This document shows, one piece after another, positions 60,485-64,000 of a DNA stretch of 64,000 bases. Positions within the stretch are counted from its first letter, which is position 1. Every line of letters begins with the position of its first letter. This stretch comes from the human T2T-CHM13v2.0 reference genome, Homo sapiens. The position numbers were made by a program, and so were the translations under genes. Location: the NCBI RefSeq assembly GCF_009914755.1, contig NC_060934.1; one strand, 5' to 3'. The notes under the pieces are model-generated. The model was given only the letters and a program-made list of their open reading frames with translations, searched no databases and was not told the DNA's origin.

Positions 60485-62693
60485 AAATATGGGTATAGAT
60501 GGACTTTGAGAGCAATAAGACCAACACGAAGACCCTACTTTCAGGTAGTCTTTAGATGGTGATTAAAGACATCGCTCCCCCAAAATATTAAACATCTTTT
60601 GGCCACTAGAAAATGTGAAATTCCCTCAAGAAAAGCCTTTAAATTTTGGCAACTTTCTGAAGCTCATTTTTTGCATGTATACCACTGTTATTTCGTCTGT
60701 AATTGCATGGTCGTTGCCAACATCATCAGCATTTTCTTTGGTAAAAGAAATTTTCGTCTGGAAAAGTAAAGAAAGAATGCAGTGCAATTACTAGTATTGA
60801 CCTGGAATATAAAACAGGATGGTAGCTGAATTATAACTAATTAGAGCTAGCCATCAAGAATTAGGGAGCTCTGCCGGCTAGACATGTTTAGCTTCAAGAG
60901 GAAAAGAAAGTGTGAACTAGGGGAAAAAAAATCACAGACTACCTTGCATCTTTCCACAGTTCAGCAATTAAATGAGATTCACACCAATTGAGATCAAGAG
61001 TGCCTGCAGGCTGACACAATAAAAGAAGATTATATATGCCCCTACGACATGTTGACAGAATTACAATCATCTCAGGGCTAAGAGGGATGGGGGATTTTTG
61101 ATGAGTTCTTTAGAAGGGATACCTTTTAATCACAGGGAAAATAACTTCTCCAAAATGTAAAAGTGGGCATGTTTAAATGCATCTTTTGGCATCCACATGC
61201 TTACAGTTGAATTGACAAATAATTATGTTAGCTAAGTTCTAAGAATGTATCCTCTGTCTTCTCATCCCCACTCCAAACGAACTTAATACATTTAAGAAGC
61301 CTTATTTAAAAAAAAAAAAATCTGACTTATTGGAAATAGTTGTTATTACAAAGGCATTTTACTTCCACCATACCAAAGATTCATCGCAGGGTGACTTTAT
61401 TAAAGAGTTCTCCTGTGTTTTTAAGTGTTTGCTTAGAGATTATTATTGGACCTAGGTGACAGAAAGAAGGAGATTTAAAGTTCAAATTCTAGCAGCCATA
61501 ACCAATTGAAGAGCTCCCAGAAATAAAAATAAAGCATCTCTGAAATCATTAAGTGAGTCAATAGCAAAGTATGTTAACATTTTAAGAACTTCATGGATCA
61601 TTTTAAAGCACAAAACCGTGATATAAAATAAGACATTAATAGTTAATATAGTTAGTCAAAGGCTATGAAGGAGAGAAAAGGCACCTTTTGCTTTTTCAGT
61701 AACTGGGGAAAAAATTTGTGTTTCTTACTAGCTCCATAGAATTTTCAACAGTCCATCTTCCTACCCTTAAGTTAGACAATCAAATTGTATAAATGAAATG
61801 TTTTAATTATAGTTCCTTTGTTTAGCATTCAGTATATCCTTCTACTTTCAAGTTGCTGAATCTTTGTTCTTGGTCAAAGATTGTTTCCTATTCTTTGATG
61901 AGAGCATCTTTTTCCATATTTACTGTTTACTACCTTTATAATTAAAAGAAAAAACTTAAATTATGATTCCTTTTATTGATCTATTTTACATAATATTGTG
62001 GGTTCAAATAACACAGATAGAATCACTGTAGGATTGTTCTATGAAATAAAACATTCCCAAGGCATTATCCAAAACCTCTTTGGTAGAAGAGTTGGTGAAC
62101 AAGGATTTAGTTTTATTCCCCTTACACAACCATCATTTTCCCAGAGACTAAAATAACTCCTCTCTCTGCTTGCCATATAGGGTTGCTGTAAGGATAAGTT
62201 ATCTGAAAACTCTCTGGGAAGCATAAATAGCTATGCACAAAGCTCCTAGAAATAGTGATATTTAAACTGGTATATCCTTTGCATTTATAAGGAACACATG
62301 ACCAGGAAGTTAGTTCCTGGCATCTGTGAAATATTGAACCTTTCTGCATATGCCCTCATTTGGGGTGACTTGTTCTTTTGACATCACCTGAGTTGATATA
62401 GTCCCAATACAGTTCTCTCTGCATTTTAAAAACAAACTTCATTCTTTGTTAGTTAGAAAAATTCTATTTGAACATCAATGGAAACAATGTAGGAGGGAAG
62501 AAAGGATGAATCCAACTGTCTTTCCTAGGTGGCCCCTGGATATATAGTCATCCATGTAAATCCTGATACCGTCAGCAATTGAGAGCCATTTTGATCAATG
62601 ATATTCTTCTGTTAATATCCTAAAGACATGAGTCAAATAGTTCATGAAAGTTCTAACATATAATAAGTACTTACTGTTTGTTAAAATCATTGA

Positions 62694-63063
<370 letters not shown>

Positions 63064-64000
63064 TTAGTTAATGCAACTATCAGTTTATGGTCATGTTCTT
63101 TCCTTTGTTTTCATTGCAACCCCAGGTGCACACCACATCTAAGTATCAGAGACCAAGGTGATCAGTTTCAACACAAGCACTGGCAACCAAACTTTCCACC
63201 AAAGCAAAGATAACCTGCTGTTGGAACATTCCAACACTTTCGCTGCAACATTTTGAGGTTTTTTTCTGCTTTTATTTCCATGGCCAAAGTTTGTGCCTAA
63301 ATTTCATGACCCAGATGCTTTAATTAAGCCTAACATAACTAATCAATACCAGTGAAATGCTCGTGTAATTTAATAGAGCAGATAAAGCCCAGATATCTAA
63401 CAGTTAAGGATAAAGCATGCGGGCACGTGAATCAGTTTTTATCAGGGACTCAGTGGGATCATAATGTATTCTTTCAATCTGTACCAAAGGTAGTAGCAGG
63501 AAGCTATTTTATAGATTTCTTGGTAACCTGAGCTGATGTTATACCTGTTACAGGACTTTTCCAATCAAATAGAAACACAGCGGGATAAAAAAGATACAAA
63601 TGGTGATTTTATGACAGTCAATAAAAGCATGACTCTATAGTAATGGAAAATTTGTTCATGAATTGTGAAGTAGCAATGGCTCAGTTGGTGTGGTAATAAA
63701 ATAATTTGTGCCCTGCCTTTGGAAATTTTTTTAACGTGCTAGCATGTACCTTTAATTTACTAGTTTTCTCTTTCCTTTGAGGAGTCACCAAAGGCAATGA
63801 AACTTATTAAAAAAAAAAAGTATCTTAGTCAAATACAGACACCTAATCAAAACAGCCCCTTGAATGTCTTTTTAAACTAATTTATAAGCCATTACTTTTA
63901 TTCATGAAAGAAAATTTCAGCCCATTATGTGAAAAAAATAAATTTATATTTAGTTCTCTCTTCTCACGTAAATGGAAATGAAACATTTTATGTTTAAAAT

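Overview
Primate (hominid, most likely human) genomic DNA with no convincing host protein-coding exon; it reads as intergenic or intronic sequence dominated by transposable elements. The only long ORFs belong to two young, inactivated L1PA2-like LINE-1 copies in convergent orientation. One is on the + strand at 1-3.3 kb and is cut by the window edge. The other is near full-length on the - strand at 37440-43427, with a 16-bp TSD. The window also holds a near full-length ancient L1MC1-like element (16845-23294), 14 Alus including a near-pristine AluY, several solo LTRs (THE1/MST, MLT1, MER21, MER34-like, LTR16-like), DNA-transposon fossils (MADE1, MER5, MER58, MER20), and L2/MIR/L3 relics. Several repeat-poor stretches look enhancer-like, and a few short + strand segments have exon-like splice signals. 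I found no evidence for a new biological system. The most interesting observations concern retrotransposition history: a short 3' transduction tag, a probable cap-derived G, a mosaic L1 tract, an inverted L1 pair and a duplicated Alu tail. Subfamily names come from remembered consensus sequences and need RepeatMasker/Dfam confirmation.
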